Origin: Macrostomum lignano
Taxonomy: Eukaryota
Reading direction: 5' to 3'
DNA: 64,000 nt
Assembly (NCBI GenBank): GCA_002269645.1
Contig: NIVC01001136.1
Location: forward strand, 1-64,000
Part shown: in pieces, positions 32,292-44,930 of the stretch
Numbering within the stretch: the stretch's first letter is position 1
Layout of the letters: every line of letters begins with the position of its first letter
Program-made: the position numbers and the translations under genes
The notes under the pieces: model-generated
Told to the model about the DNA's origin: nothing
The model's input: only the letters and a program-made list of their open reading frames with translations
The model's database searches: none

Positions 32292-33876
32292 CCACGAGAA
32301 GACTGATGGTAAGCAGTGCTTACCATGGCCCAACTCAAATTTCTGCCAACCAGAGTAAATTAAATTCTATGGCTAAATTGGTAGTATCCGTTCTTGCCGG
32401 ATATGGTAAGCACTGCTTACCACGAGTATTCTAGGTTTTCTTGTTTTCTGACAATTATAGGCTTTGCATTCTACATTCTTAATTGTTTCGTTACTAATGT
32501 TCCTTTGTGCTTTGGTTCAAAAACACACATTTTGTTCGAAGAGGCTTCAATAAAGTTTGAAATCGAATTTACTAATAACAGAGTTAAACAACAAAAACGA
32601 GAATAAAAAACCTGATAATATTCTGGCTGATCAAACTTACTGTGCATACAGAGCGTACGGCTCATGCACTACAGAAACTATAACTAGTGAAACTAATATA
32701 AATTATCAAGAGTTGTGAACTAATTTGAGCTAAAGACAAGAGCCAAAAAGAGTAAACAGAAAGGATGACAACTTTCTTTTAGCAGAAAGTACATCCATTC
32801 TGCCGATGCTTGTACTTTAACGCTGTGAATGCCAGCGTAGGAAGCAATCTAACAAACAAAGTCCTGGGCATCCTGGACATCGGCTGCAGAAATAAACTGT
32901 GCACCGGGAACTGGCAGAACTGTAGCACATTCTGCACCTTTTTTGTAGGTCTGGGCTGGGTAGGACAACCTGGGATTTTCTCGAGAAAATGCTGTTCAGG
33001 GACTGCAACTGTTTGCAGCATAGAAGCCGACTAGCTTTTTCATCTCGCTTGTGGTGCAGTCCCGCCAGCTAGATACAATGGACAGAAGGACGTCTGTCTC
33101 AGGATCCAGTTCCATCAGCATGGTGGCCACCTTGGTGTTTGTCCATTCAGCGAGGCATTGGAAAAGCTCTTCAGAAAGAAACATTTGTAAAAATAAAGAC
33201 TTATCCTTCTCAACATCCTCAGAAATTAAAAAGTTCAGATTGAGGCCAGCAGTTCCAGTAAATTCAAAACATTATGTCCCCTCATTGGACCCAGGCTCGA
33301 CAAGTTGCCAAACATTCTCAACTTCAGCAGCATCGCCATCTGCAAACTCCTATTCTTCCTTGCCATCAGGCCCTTCTATGGTTGGAGGATTGCCATCCAG
33401 TGCTTCTTCGCCAACCTCCTCGCCAGGCTCCTCGTCTATTGTTAAGTAGGAGTCAAGGCTTGCTTCACTGTCAGAGGTCATGTAGTCGATCTCATAGGCA
33501 GAAGCCATGTACTTTAGGATATCAGTGAGTAAATACTGTGTCAAATTTAGCGAGAAAAGGCTAACAAACAAGATGGCAAGAGTGTTACTGTAAGAAAGCT
33601 AGTTTTACTACAAAGTGGACTTGCTGTCTGAGCACAGATTTCTATGGTAAGCAGCACATACCAGGCAGGCAGCAAGTGAAACTGTTTTATTGGCTAAAGC
33701 AGTAGTGCTGTTCATTTCCTTCCCGTCTAGCGCGTCAGTTTGAGCCAAGCTGGATCAGTATGCCTAGCCAGCAGGAATGGAAGTGACATGCTATGCCAGA
33801 AAATATCTATAGTAAGCACTGCTTACCAAGCAGTTGGGAACAGACAAATTATGGATTCTGGTTAGGCAGGAAGAGG
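32292..33876 (-). mobile_element. Internally deleted, degenerate piggyBac transposon (1585 bp)
   Basis: TTAA at 32288-32291 and 33877-33880 flank CC...GG ends. Minus strand has a stop-interrupted N-terminal transposase part (MFLSEELF...TN...WRDCTTSEMKKLVG) and the Cys-rich domain (RCRMC...YFCSRC..CPGLC..DCFLRWH); the catalytic DDD core is missing. The palindrome TGGTAAGCA(G/C)TGCTTACCA recurs near both ends. Confidence 0.85.
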
Positions 33877-34870
33877 TTAAGGCATGTTAAAGTTAATATT
33901 CACTCAAACCGCAACCTAGGTCTCTTTAATTGAAAGCAGAAACTATTTAAACTTCCAAAGAAATATAAGCAAAAGTTTTACTCTTAGTCTTCTCGAAGGT
34001 TTCAAGTTTTAAAATAATTAGACAAAAGTTTTGGAGTTGGTGAAATCTGAGAATTAAGAAAACATTTGTTTGTAAAAGATTATTATTAAATGTCAACCAC
34101 TAAATCAAAGGTTATAAACACTAAAATTGTTTAAAAAAACACCAACATCAGAGTAAACAAAGATAGACAGTAAGATTTGAGGCAAGCAGCTTGAAAAAGA
34201 GAACTTTTTAAAAAGTTATAACACAATGTTTATTATCTTTATTTTATAATGTAAATTGCCTGTATGTAAGCTATTAATAGTTATTCAAATAAAACTGTAA
34301 ATAAATATTACATTACGTTACGTTATGTTATGTTATGTTATGTTAAAATGATACATCTAGGAGACCACTGTGTTATGTAAAAATGGGGCTCAGGCTAGGC
34401 TATCATGGAATTCATGCCTTTAAAGGTTAAGGGCCAACCCTAAAGGTATAGAGTGTATATGCCTGACAATTAAAACTGAACTGTATACTTTTTTATATAA
34501 TAGTTTTTGTAATTTATATTCTGGTAGGCATTAATTAATGGGAGACTGTTAAGCACTATTGGGTAAGACTTGTTTCACAGATGAACTTTTTTAAGGAACA
34601 TGATATTCAAGTGAGTAGCCAACATGGCATATTGGAATTAATTTAAGATATCTTTATGACAATTAGAACTAGAAGAACAGAACATAACTTTTTATTTCAT
34701 TACAGAATTCTAATTATACTTAACTGTATTGGCATAAAATTTCTTATTCGATATTATTTGTCTGTATTTATTAAAGAATTTCTAATGATTTCAAATTCCA
34801 ATTTCATGCTTATGTGTGCTTAAAGGCCATCAGTTTTAACCTTAAATTAATTACAAGTTTACCAGCAATC

Positions 34871-36182
34871 ATGAGCAGCTACCTGTCTAGATTTCCTTAC
34901 GCACCTCGGGCAGGAAATTCTTCTGCAATGCCTACGCCAGCATCAAGTAGTCAGTATCGATACTCAACTACTAATTCTCAGTATGGCAGATTTCCTACTA
35001 ACAATGGTACTAGCAGTAGTAGCAGCGGCAGCAGTCGCTTCGGCACTCTAGGCAGTCGCAATATTGGCTATAACGATCTGTCATCTAATTCGTCCGCAAG
35101 CTCTTCATCAGTAACTGCAGCATTGGACGCGTCAGCTTCTGCTGGTATCTTCACTCAGGTAGCTCAGATCACGGATCATCTATACCTGTGCAGCGCCCAT
35201 CCGGTTAGGGATGCCCGCCTGAGAGCGCTGGGGATTAAGCTGGTGGTTAATGCTACCATTGATGTGCCACTAGTGAGACTGGCTGGAGTTGACACTCTTC
35301 AGGTGTGCTTATTTTTTATTTATTTATGTTTTATTGATCTATTTAAGTATATTTTTTTCAATAATTAAAAACAATTAGTAACAATTGGGTCACTAATTGA
35401 AGACACCCCCTTGGATTTACTGTTTACATTGAAGCTATCCAACCTTAAATGTTCATTGAAGACACCCACACCTAGATGTAGATTGAAGACATCCACCCTT
35501 AAATGTACTTTGAAGACATCCACCCTTAGATGTACTTTGAAGACATCCACACTCAGATGTACATTGAAGACATCCACACTCAGATGTACATTGAAGAAAT
35601 CCATCCTTAGATGTACATTAAAGACCCTTGACTCCCTTGACTGTACATTAGATGTACATTGATGGCAGCTAATGTACCATTGACTGTACACTAAAAACTC
35701 TACAACGCATTCGAACCCACCAATCCTGAAATGCACCCCAGGTACCCGTGGACGACACACCTTATGCCAGAATAAGTAACTACTTTGACATCGTGGCCGA
35801 CCGTATCAACGGTGAGATCCGTCGCGGGAACAATGTTCTGGTGCACTGTATGGCCGGTGTGTCCCGGTCGGCTACCTTGGTGCTTGCCTATCTAATGAAA
35901 TATCGCAATTTGAATCTGCGCCAAGCGCACGACCTGTGCAAGCAGCGCCGTCCCTATATTCGACCCAATGTTGGCTTCTGGCGGCAGCTGTGCGACTACG
36001 AGGAGCGCCTGTTCGGCATTCGGTCGGTCCGAATGGTCACCAGCCCTGTTGGCCTGGTGCCGGATGTTTACAAAGATGAATTGCAGTCTAGCGGCCTGTG
36101 GATGCCGTCTGCTTCAACAGCTGCCACTGCCGGGACGAGAAATGGCTACGGCGGCAGAACCTCTCTGCTGTCCCGGTACTGA
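34871..36182 (+). CDS. Atypical dual-specificity phosphatase (DUSP14/18-like), two exons
   Basis: Exon 1 34871-35302 (AQITDHLYL...LVVNAT; CAG|GTGTGC); exon 2 35742-36182 (VPVDD..., HCMAGVSRSATLVLAYLM, IRPNVGFWRQL). Confidence 0.9.
35400..35660. repeat. 27-bp minisatellite (GAAGACATCCACCCTTAGATGTACATT) in the phosphatase intron
   Basis: GAAGAC recurs with a 27-nt period. Confidence 0.9.
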
Positions 36183-36295
36183 TGCCTGCTGGCTGAGGGC
36201 CTGCAGCTCTCGTAGCTGAGGGATTGTGGAGAGAATTTTTTTTGAGTTGTTTATTTGTCGAGCTTTTGATTGAGCTCTAAGTGACTGCCGTCAGC

Positions 36296-36690
36296 TCTTC
36301 CTTAATCTCACTCTCTCCCTCTGATCTCACCCTCTCCATCTGGTCTCACCCTCTCCTTCTTATCTCACCCTCTCTCTCTTATCTCCTCCTCTCCCTCTTA
36401 TCTCACCCTCTCCCTCTTATCTCACCCTCTCCATCTGGTCTCACCCTCTCCCTCTTATCTCACCCTCTCTTATCTCACCCTCTCCTTCTTATCTCACCCT
36501 CTCCCTCTTATCTCACCCTCTCCTTCTTATCTCACCCTCTCCCTCTTATCTCACCCTCTCCCTCTTATCTCACCCTCTCCCTCTTATCTCACCCTCTCCC
36601 TTTTTATGTCACCCTCTCCCTCTGATCTTACCCTCTTATCTCACCCTCTCCCTCTTGTCTCACCCTCCCTCTTATCTCACCATCTCCCTA
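36296..36690. repeat. Pyrimidine-rich ~19-bp repeat (CCTCTTATCTCACCCTCTC)
   Basis: Seen directly, downstream of the phosphatase stop codon. Confidence 0.9.
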
Positions 36691-38104
36691 TGAGTTAGTT
36701 CGCAGCTCCATTTTGTATTCTGCCGCTAATCAGAGGTGACAGTCGATCCCCTGAACTCGCAAACAGATAGGTACAGATAGGAATCGATCCCCAGAACCCT
36801 AACTGCGTCACAATGAACCTCACTTTTTGTCGCTAATTTCTGTCACTTACCCTCAAAGGCGTGCCTTAATTCAACAAAATCAACTCTCAATTAGGCCAAT
36901 CAGTGCCGTTTTGCAGCACTGGCTGACAGATTTATTTATTGGCCTGTTATCTCTAGTTGATTACGCAACAGACAATTATTAATTGTAAGTTTAGACTTTA
37001 GAGTGCGGATTTTTTATTTGGTTTCATATTTTTGTTGTCCTTTTTTTCTTTGAGTATCAACATATTGCGCTTATTAATTTGTCTAATTTTTTATAACTAG
37101 AGGCAAATAATTTAGAGGATCATATCCTATTATTTATCAACTTTTTTCATTTATGTTGTCTTTTTCAAGAATTCTTATTTAATTGCTTATGTATACAGAA
37201 ATACAACCAGTTTACTGCGGCTTGCTTTCACTAGTAAGATTCGTTGTCGTATTGTTCTGTTTTAATTTATTTTTTTTCTAAAATGCACTATAAGTAGTAT
37301 ATTTTTGTATTTGTCTACACTCTACGCGAATTTCACTATTTTAAATTATTTATACTGTGCATTAGAAGTTTTGATTTTTTAACTAATATAGTCGTAAAAA
37401 CCCTAGTACGCTACTTACGTCATAGTAGCTAGTAGAGTAGTTAGCAAAATTATCCTATGTTATCGCTTATTTATTAGGCAGCAGCAAGAAAATCCGTTCA
37501 AAAATCTCTTGCGCGATCGTCTGTCTGGGGTTGCGACAGAACAAACGCCTGGTGCTTCGTAGAAAAAACCTTGTTTAGAAAAAGTTTTGTTTTAAATCTA
37601 CTAGTTTTCCAGAGCGAAAATATTGCAAAAAAAGGTTTTATCTCTGAAGATTTTTACTGCTGACTATTTTTTTTCTGAGTAAAAACGCGTGCCCTGTGTG
37701 ATGCGTTTTCTATTTTAAATTTGTTTTACCGTATGCGTAGAAAAAGTTTGTTTGAAATGTTGAAAATAAAATAAAACGCGATACCGTATTGCTGTTTTTG
37801 AATGCGTAACTTATTAAAGTTACATTAGCAAAATCGTATTAAATATTGTTGTTCTTTGTTTTATTTTTTACAAAACAGGATGCCAATCAATTTTGTTTAC
37901 ATTTTTACATTTTATATTTCTAGAATCTGATATAGTTAGGAAGAACAAAATTTGCATGCATGCTTTATAATCAAACAGTGATATTAATTTGAAGCGACAT
38001 GTATTCTATCCAGTATTTCTTCCACTTTGATACTCCTGGTTCTTATGTGGGTATATGACGGAACGGAAGTGATTTGAAACTTGATTTTTGTCAAAAATTA
38101 CCTC

Positions 38105-38480
38105 TATATTATTTTCTTTCCTACCCCTCTAGACTGTACATTGAGGACACCCACCCCATAGATTTTCCTACCCCCATCTAGACTGTATATTGAAAACACT
38201 AATCCCATAGATTTTCCTAACCCTTCTGGATTGTACATTAAAAGTACCCACCCCATAGATTTTCCTAACCCTTCTAGACTGTACATTAAAAGCACCCTCT
38301 AGACTGTACATTAAAGGCACCAACCCCATAGATTTTCCTACCCCTCTAGACTGTACATTAAAGACACCCACCCCATAGATTTTCCTACCCCCCTCTAGAC
38401 TGTATATTGAAAACACTAATCCCATAGATTTTCCTAACCCTTCTAGACTGTACATTAAAAGCACCCACGCCATAGATTTC
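38105..38480. repeat. ~55-60-bp degenerate minisatellite (CCCATAGATTTTCCTA...CTAGACTGTACATTAAA)
   Basis: Six to seven recurrences of CATAGATTTTCCTA / TAGACTGTA. Confidence 0.85.
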
Positions 38481-38544
38481 CAACTCCTCCTCACTGCCCA
38501 GTTGAAAACCACCGTATTCAACTGTAGCATCCACTGTACATACT

Positions 38545-41500
38545 TTAACCTACTTCGTGCTCGCTAGAGTTGATTAAGGTTCCATTGCTAGTCACTCCTG
38601 CACCATTGGCATAGACTTCCGCCATTTCCGCTTCTAAACGGCGCCGACGCGCTGTCTCGCGCGCCTCGGTCAATCGGCGCGTTCTCTCCGATTCGAGCTG
38701 TCGACGCTTGTCAGCCGCCAGCAGCGACAGCCGGTCGAGACGCTCCTGCAGCTCCTGGCGTAGATGCTCCTCGGTCCGCGCTGCTCGACTGCTAAGCTCG
38801 TCGCTTTCTCTGTGTTTGTTGTTAGGGAACGAGGGATCCAGACTACTGTAGATTTTCCTTAGAAACGAAGGGTGGGCACCCCGATGCAACGCCTTCGTCT
38901 CGAAACGAACGATGGCGAAATCGTCTCAAAACCAGCGTTGATGCAATTCCGCCCATTCCGCTGTGTCCTAAGCACATACAATTGTGCTTGGACACACGCT
39001 CACACAGGGTGAACAGCGGCCCTGACTTTCTAATAGTCTGGCATGTGCACTCTCTGTGCCTTGAGGGTTGGCCCTCATGGCTGTGAATCGCAAGACAGCC
39101 CCTGATGATTGCGGCCGCGCACGAAATCGAACCAGGGGTTGCCGGTGCAAGAGTCAGTCGCGTTTACCGCTGTGCTGCTTTGCCCCTCAAAGTTTTCCCA
39201 TCAAGTCTTCAAGAATCTTTAATCTAGACTTCTAACTAAGCTTTCATCTTGTTGTCAGTCCAAGTCGAGTCCTCTAATCTAGTCCCAGCTTTTCCAGTAA
39301 ATAGCAGTGCACCACCTCCAGCACGTCAAGCCGCAGTCAGGCATAGCACGCTGATCCCAGCTAACCTGGCCAAGCGCTCCTCCAGCCGCTCCATGCCCAG
39401 CCTGACCCGCTCCAGCTCTGCTGGCGAGTCCGCGAACTCGTCGGCTAGTCTGGCCGTCTCCGCTGCCGCCTCGCCATCGGACTCGGCGTTTGAGCCACCA
39501 GAGCGACGCGTGGTCGCCACGATTAAACTCTCACGGTATTGCCGAGCTCTGGTAGCGCGCTCGGCTTCTAATTGACGCTGCCAACAGCGCCGCTCGAGAG
39601 CGTGCGAACGAAGCTGCGCGGCGCGCTGCGATTCGACCTCGCGTCGGTGCCGTTCCAGTTCCTGCGCGCGATTGGTACTTATTTTTTAAGACTAGTGATC
39701 ACGTTCAAGATGCACTGAAAAAATGCACTGTATTTCGGACAACAATGCAAGAATAAAAATCAACGATTAATCACATCTCTTTAGTATTCTGACTGAGGCG
39801 CTGTTCCCCAGCCCTCTCATCAGCTCCAGAAGCATCCAGGCTGGGCTGCCACCCACGACCCTCTCAGGTCACGGCCGTTTTTCAAGGCACCAGTACTTGC
39901 AGGGCAACACCACCAGCGCCAAGTGTAGTTTCAGCCAGACAAACCCGAAAATTTCGATCAGCTCATGCGCTACCTCCGGGCCACCCGCAGGACGACCCCG
40001 GGGACCTCCCTGAACAGCTTGTGACTGTCGTACCTTCAACACAAAAGCTTACGAACGTATTACTTAATTCTCATTGCGCGTTGAAAAGTTTGTTCGATTC
40101 TTTTCCCGGTTCAAGCGTCATCAGTCAACGGTCTAAGTAAGACACTTACCTTATCGAACTTGGCAGTCGCTTCAGCACTCTTCAGCATGAGCATCTTTGT
40201 GTCCAGTTCTAGTTGCTGAGCAGCACGCTCAGCAATTTCCTCAGTGTCCAGCTGCAGCAGCTGCTCCGAGAGTCTTAGCTCCACTGCCAGAAGATCCCGA
40301 CGAAAAGTGTCCATGGCAGCAGCGAGGTCTCTGGTCAGCTGTTCCACTGTTGCAGCTTCATCAGCTTCCGCGGCGGCTGTCGCCAACAAATCCACGTCTT
40401 CATCCGTGCCAGACTGCATGCGAGACCTTCGAGCTCTCTCCCTATTTAATTAAATGTTGTCGCTATGAATTTTTACTCAGCTGGTACGTGGTTCTCATCG
40501 CACAATGTGCGTGTACTATGTAACCTTTAATATGTACTATACTCGTGTTAGCTTATTCGAATAAACTCGTATTATATCACTTGTAATATGTATTATATGG
40601 TTCTTTTTGTCATGTCGGTAGAAAAGGACTAAACAAGGATTAATCTAGAGACTTTTAATCGGTAGTTACTTATGTCTACCGGTATTGGTCACTGCTTCAA
40701 ATCAAGACAACTGATAACCAGCAAGGAGTTTTAGAGCAGTAATAACCTTTCTGCTGTCCCTTGAGCACGTACTCACTCCTGGTAGGGTCTAAAGACTTTC
40801 TCGTCGTCTGTTACACAAAGTTTTATGTCACAATGCTTTACCTGGCTCGCTGCGCCGCCTCTCGTCGACGTTTTCCCGCCGCTTTTTTTGCCACTTTCTG
40901 AGCCATCGCCAGCCGAATTTGGAGTCGGTGTCGTTCGCGCGTCGCCTCCGCGTTTGCCGACGCAATTCTCTTGCGCTTTCTCTCAGCCGCCTGCTGCTTT
41001 TCGCGTGCGTGCAGCTGCGTCTGCTCGGCGCACTGGCGCTGGTAGTCCTGCACAAGCTGGCGCAGCTCCCGAAGCTCTTCCGGTCTAAAATGTGTAGTGG
41101 GTTTGGTTTAAAGGCGAAAGAATCTAATAAGATTGAACAACGCGTAAAAGTTCTGGATCAGGATTTCTTATTTTGTTGAGTCAGTTGATTAGATGCTTTC
41201 GTCAATCATCGAAATCAGCTTTCGAGCTAGTTGCTCTCACTCCCTTTCACCCTCGAGAGTTTACTTGTTGCGCCGTCGTAGACTCCAGCTGACAGGCTAC
41301 ATCATCCGCGCAGAGTCCTACTGCCCACAGAAAGCAGGAGGTTCTTTTAAATTGCCACCTTAAAATATATAAAATAAATAATTGCAGGAGGGCTGTCGGC
41401 ACTACTGAGCACATTTAAGCTTGCCAATACTGCACACAGACACGCACTCATACACACGCTCACACAGGGTGTACAGCTTCCCTGACTTTCTAATCATTAG

Positions 41501-43023
41501 GCAAGTAAACACTCTGTGCCATGGTTGTTGTCTATCATGGCTGCGAATCGCGCGCGACAACGACAACCCTCTCGGCAAAGTCTCGTGCTGACGAGCTGCA
41601 AATGATTGTGACCGCGCAAGGAATTGAATCTGGGCCGTAGCGCAGGAGTTGGATGCATTTACCCGCTGAACTGCTCAACGGAAGGCGGGCCATATTAACA
41701 ACACTAATTAGTTATCATGGCCTAGCAGACCTAAAGCAACCAACAATGAACCAAGGACTTTTGCAACGAACCTGTACAATAAGAAGTTGTGCTGCAGCAG
41801 GTCCCCAGCGGTGAATCTGCGTCGCCTATCCTTGCACACGCAGCCGTGATAGAATTGGCGCAGCTCCTCGGAATAAGCGGCCTTGGGTAGCTGAGGAGCG
41901 CCTTGCTTCACCACTCTGTAGATGTAGACGGCTGGCTGAGATGAGTAATAAGGCGCCTGGCCCGTAGCCATCTGGTAAACTGTGCAGCCGAACGCCCAAA
42001 TATCCGACTGAGCGCTGTACTGTGCGACGCCAAGCTTCTCTTTCCGGTAGAGAATTTCAGGTGCCAGGAATCCCACCGTACCTAACTGATGCCGGGAGCT
42101 TGCCGTTGAGTTCACGGTTGAGCCGCAAGCTGAGGACGCGTCCTCTAACGGTTGCAGGCAGGTGGACAGACCGAAATCGATCAGCTTAAGCGTATCGTCT
42201 GGTCGAATCATGACGTTGTTACAGTTGACGTCGCGATGAATCACAGGCGGTCGTCGAGTGTGGATGTAGTTGAGCGCCTCGGCTAGCTGTATTTGCGTAA
42301 AATTTGATACTTGGCGTTAGAAATTTACAAGTTCTCTATCGTACGTAACTTTTGGTTTTGGTCTTCGACAAAAAATCTACGATGGCTAATGCGGCTCTTT
42401 GTGTCGTAGCTAGGTAAGCCATAATCCAATTTTCCTGTGTTTTGTAAACTGTCTATCGCTTGTTGAAGAAGAGGACACGACAACAAGACAAGATGACGCA
42501 TCCAGAATATTGCACACCCATTCTGTCTACTTCCCTACGACTCCAACCTCATTAAGATACGCTGTTCTATGATGCGTCATCACAGTGGTTTGGCCAAACG
42601 GATTCATTCAGTGGCACTACTAAGATTATAAAGATATTATTAGTCCAGCTCAGTGTTGTAAAACGAAATCTAGAACCCACGGACCTGCAAGCTGTAGGTT
42701 CGAATCTTCGCCTGCTCCAACGGCTGACCGTTGATGATGCAGCGCAGCGTCTGGCCTTCGATAAATTCTGTGAACAGAATTAAGCGCTGTCCAACCGCGG
42801 GATCGAACCTGGTGGCGGCGAACTGGACAATATTGCGATGACAGAGGCCTACAAGCAGTTTGGCTTCTGTCACTGCTGACGCTGCAGTTTCCTCGCCAGG
42901 TGGTAAATCCAAGTACTTCGCCGCTAGCACGTCACCTTGGTCAGTGCGCACTTTGAACACTCTGGCCTGTCCACCGCAGCCCAGGCAGTCCAGCTGCTCC
43001 CAAGAGCCAAATTGGCCGGACAT
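38545..43023 (-). CDS. Ser/Thr protein kinase (STE/MAP3K-like) with long C-terminal coiled coil, about 661 aa, six-exon model
   Basis: Phase-consistent exons 43023-42685, 42286-41772, 41084-40842, 40441-40150, 39661-39366 and 38845-38545 (1986 nt), all GT-AG. Motifs: LGCGGQARV, AAK, HRDVNCNN, DFG, GTVGFLAPE, SDIWAFGCTV. A/E/R/Q-rich heptad exons follow. An extra small exon near 41233-41358 is possible. Confidence 0.8.
38985..39180 (-). mobile_element. tRNA-derived SINE, copy 1 (kinase intron)
   Basis: Minus strand: A-box-like AGCACAGCGGTAA, B-box GGTTCGATTTC and a GT-rich tail; homologous to 41430-41676. Confidence 0.6.
41430..41676 (-). mobile_element. tRNA-derived SINE, copy 2 (kinase intron)
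   Basis: Shares ACACACGCTCACACAGGGTG...CCCTGACTTTCTAAT...CTCTGTGCC with copy 1; degenerate A and B boxes. Confidence 0.55.
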
Positions 43024-43938
43024 TGTTGTTCTACTATATTAGACTTGTTTGCTTTTGGCTACTGCGCAATGGAAGAGTTGCCAAGTTAGTTTGACTCAGG
43101 GTCGAGCAATATTTTGACCTTCGAGTCTAATTTCTCTCACGCTCTGTCGCTGCGAGTTACTGTAGACTTCGTTGAGGAATCTTATACGTTGAGCGTTACT
43201 TAGGAAGGAGCTGTGCTATGCATTTTTATGAGCAACCGCAGGAGCCTTTAGAAGTACACTCGCATTGCTGTCACGTGCTATTTTAGGCAACAAATTTAGC
43301 GTTTAAAATACACGCAAGACGCCTATTTATACGCGTATAGTTTGTGTACGCTTATGCCAGAGTACAAATAAACAGTTAGCTTCATGTATGATCTAGGAGT
43401 TTTACTCTGACAAAAACGTTAATTTTAGATCATAAACCAAACAAGCAAGTACATCTGACTAAGCCCCGTAAAAGCGTGTTAGTAGGAACTAAAATCTATT
43501 TCTTGTTAGTACCCTTATGTTTATCATTGCTGCTAAGATGAAATCTTTTATAACGATACAGTCTAAATGACATAAAAATTTAAGCTTAGCCATCAAGAGC
43601 TCTCGCAGAGTCTACCAATAATGAAAATTCAACTAGGAATTTTGAAGAGTTTAAATTCTAAACGCGTTATTGACAGTCAAGCTGACTCGCTAATACATAA
43701 TTCAAGTTGCTGCAGAATTTAAATTTTGCTTACACTAAGTGTCTCTAGTTTCAACCTTCTAAGACGCAGGTCTTCCTGTAGTAGAAATTGAACTACTCTG
43801 AAGCTTGGTAAACATTTGCACAATTTTCTGGTGGAAAATGGTAGGAGCGATGGCAGTGTAGAAGCATAAAAACCAGCACATTGACTCTTTTTGCGGAAAA
43901 ACTGCATAGGGAACGTTTGCTTTGCAATAGAGAAAAAC

Positions 43939-44930
43939 ATGGCATTGATTTTCCATTCACTAATTTTATTCTTCTGCTACAAAGCAGCGTCTGCTCAATA
44001 CAGTTGGGCTGAGCAGAGGGACGACCTGAGCGAGTACAAGCTTGAAACCTCGGTGGCTGGCGTGCGGAGCGGCTTGGACTGCGCGACTCTCGCTGGACCG
44101 CAGCATCAAGCGGTTGAGTTCACTGAGCTCGGTGGCATCTGTCGATTGTACAGCTGCCAGCTTGGAACGAGCGGATGCAGAAAGTGCCGCAATGCGAGAA
44201 ACTCGACTCTGCCTCTGCTACTGGTAGGTGCTCACCGTGCGATCCATTTTTATTCCAATGTCTGTTGCTATCGTGATGCATTATTAATGACCCTACGATT
44301 TGGCTAACCGTGATATTACAGGTGAGACAGCTGGACGAGCTCGGACGAACCTGCTGGCGCACCTTCCAGCACCGAGTGGACGGCTCGGTAGATTTCTACC
44401 GGAACTGGACAGACTACTTGACTGAGTTCGGACAGGGCGAGGACAGAAACTACTGGATGGGTCTGGAGGCGATCCACCAGCTCACTCGAGCCGGAGACAG
44501 GCGCGTGAGGTGGGAGATGAGCGACTGGAACGGCACTCGCTACTGGTGGGAGGACGCTCAATTCGCCGTGCAGAACGCCAGCCAGGGATACCGAGTCAGC
44601 GTCGGAGAGCCTGAAGTCAGCCGGTCGAATGTTGCAACTTGCAGTCATACCGTTGGTGCCTACATGAACAATGCGATGTTCAGCACACCGGATAAAGATC
44701 AAGACAGATGGTCCAGTAACTGCGCAGTCACCTACCAAGGAGCCTGGTGGTACGGCAGTTGTCACTGCTTCAACCCGAACGGTCGGTACTTCACGCCTCC
44801 AGCAGCTTTTTACTTGTCTGAGCCGTTGTGGGCCGACGGACTTACATTCTCTTCCCCAGGCATTGGCTATCCACTGAACCACTACTACTCAATGAAGACT
44901 TTTGAATGCATGGTGGCTGCTTCTGTTTGA
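43939..44930 (+). CDS. Secreted fibrinogen-related protein, copy 1 (signal peptide + PAN/apple-like domain + FReD), 297 aa
   Basis: Exon 1 43939-44223; intron 44224-44321 (GTAGGT...CTAAC...TACAG); exon 2 44322-44930. FReD motifs FQHRVDGSVDFYRNW, YWMGLE, FST.DKDQD, GAWWYGSCH. Confidence 0.9.

Noticed and set aside
39098-39130. CTGATGA...GAAA hammerhead core
   Set aside because: The stem II closing pair is T-C, stem III does not extend, and the paralogous SINE copy at 41430-41676 lacks the motif.
39785-40040. Additional kinase exon between 40150 and 39661
   Set aside because: The GC-rich segment has stops in the frames tested, and the flanking exons already join in phase.
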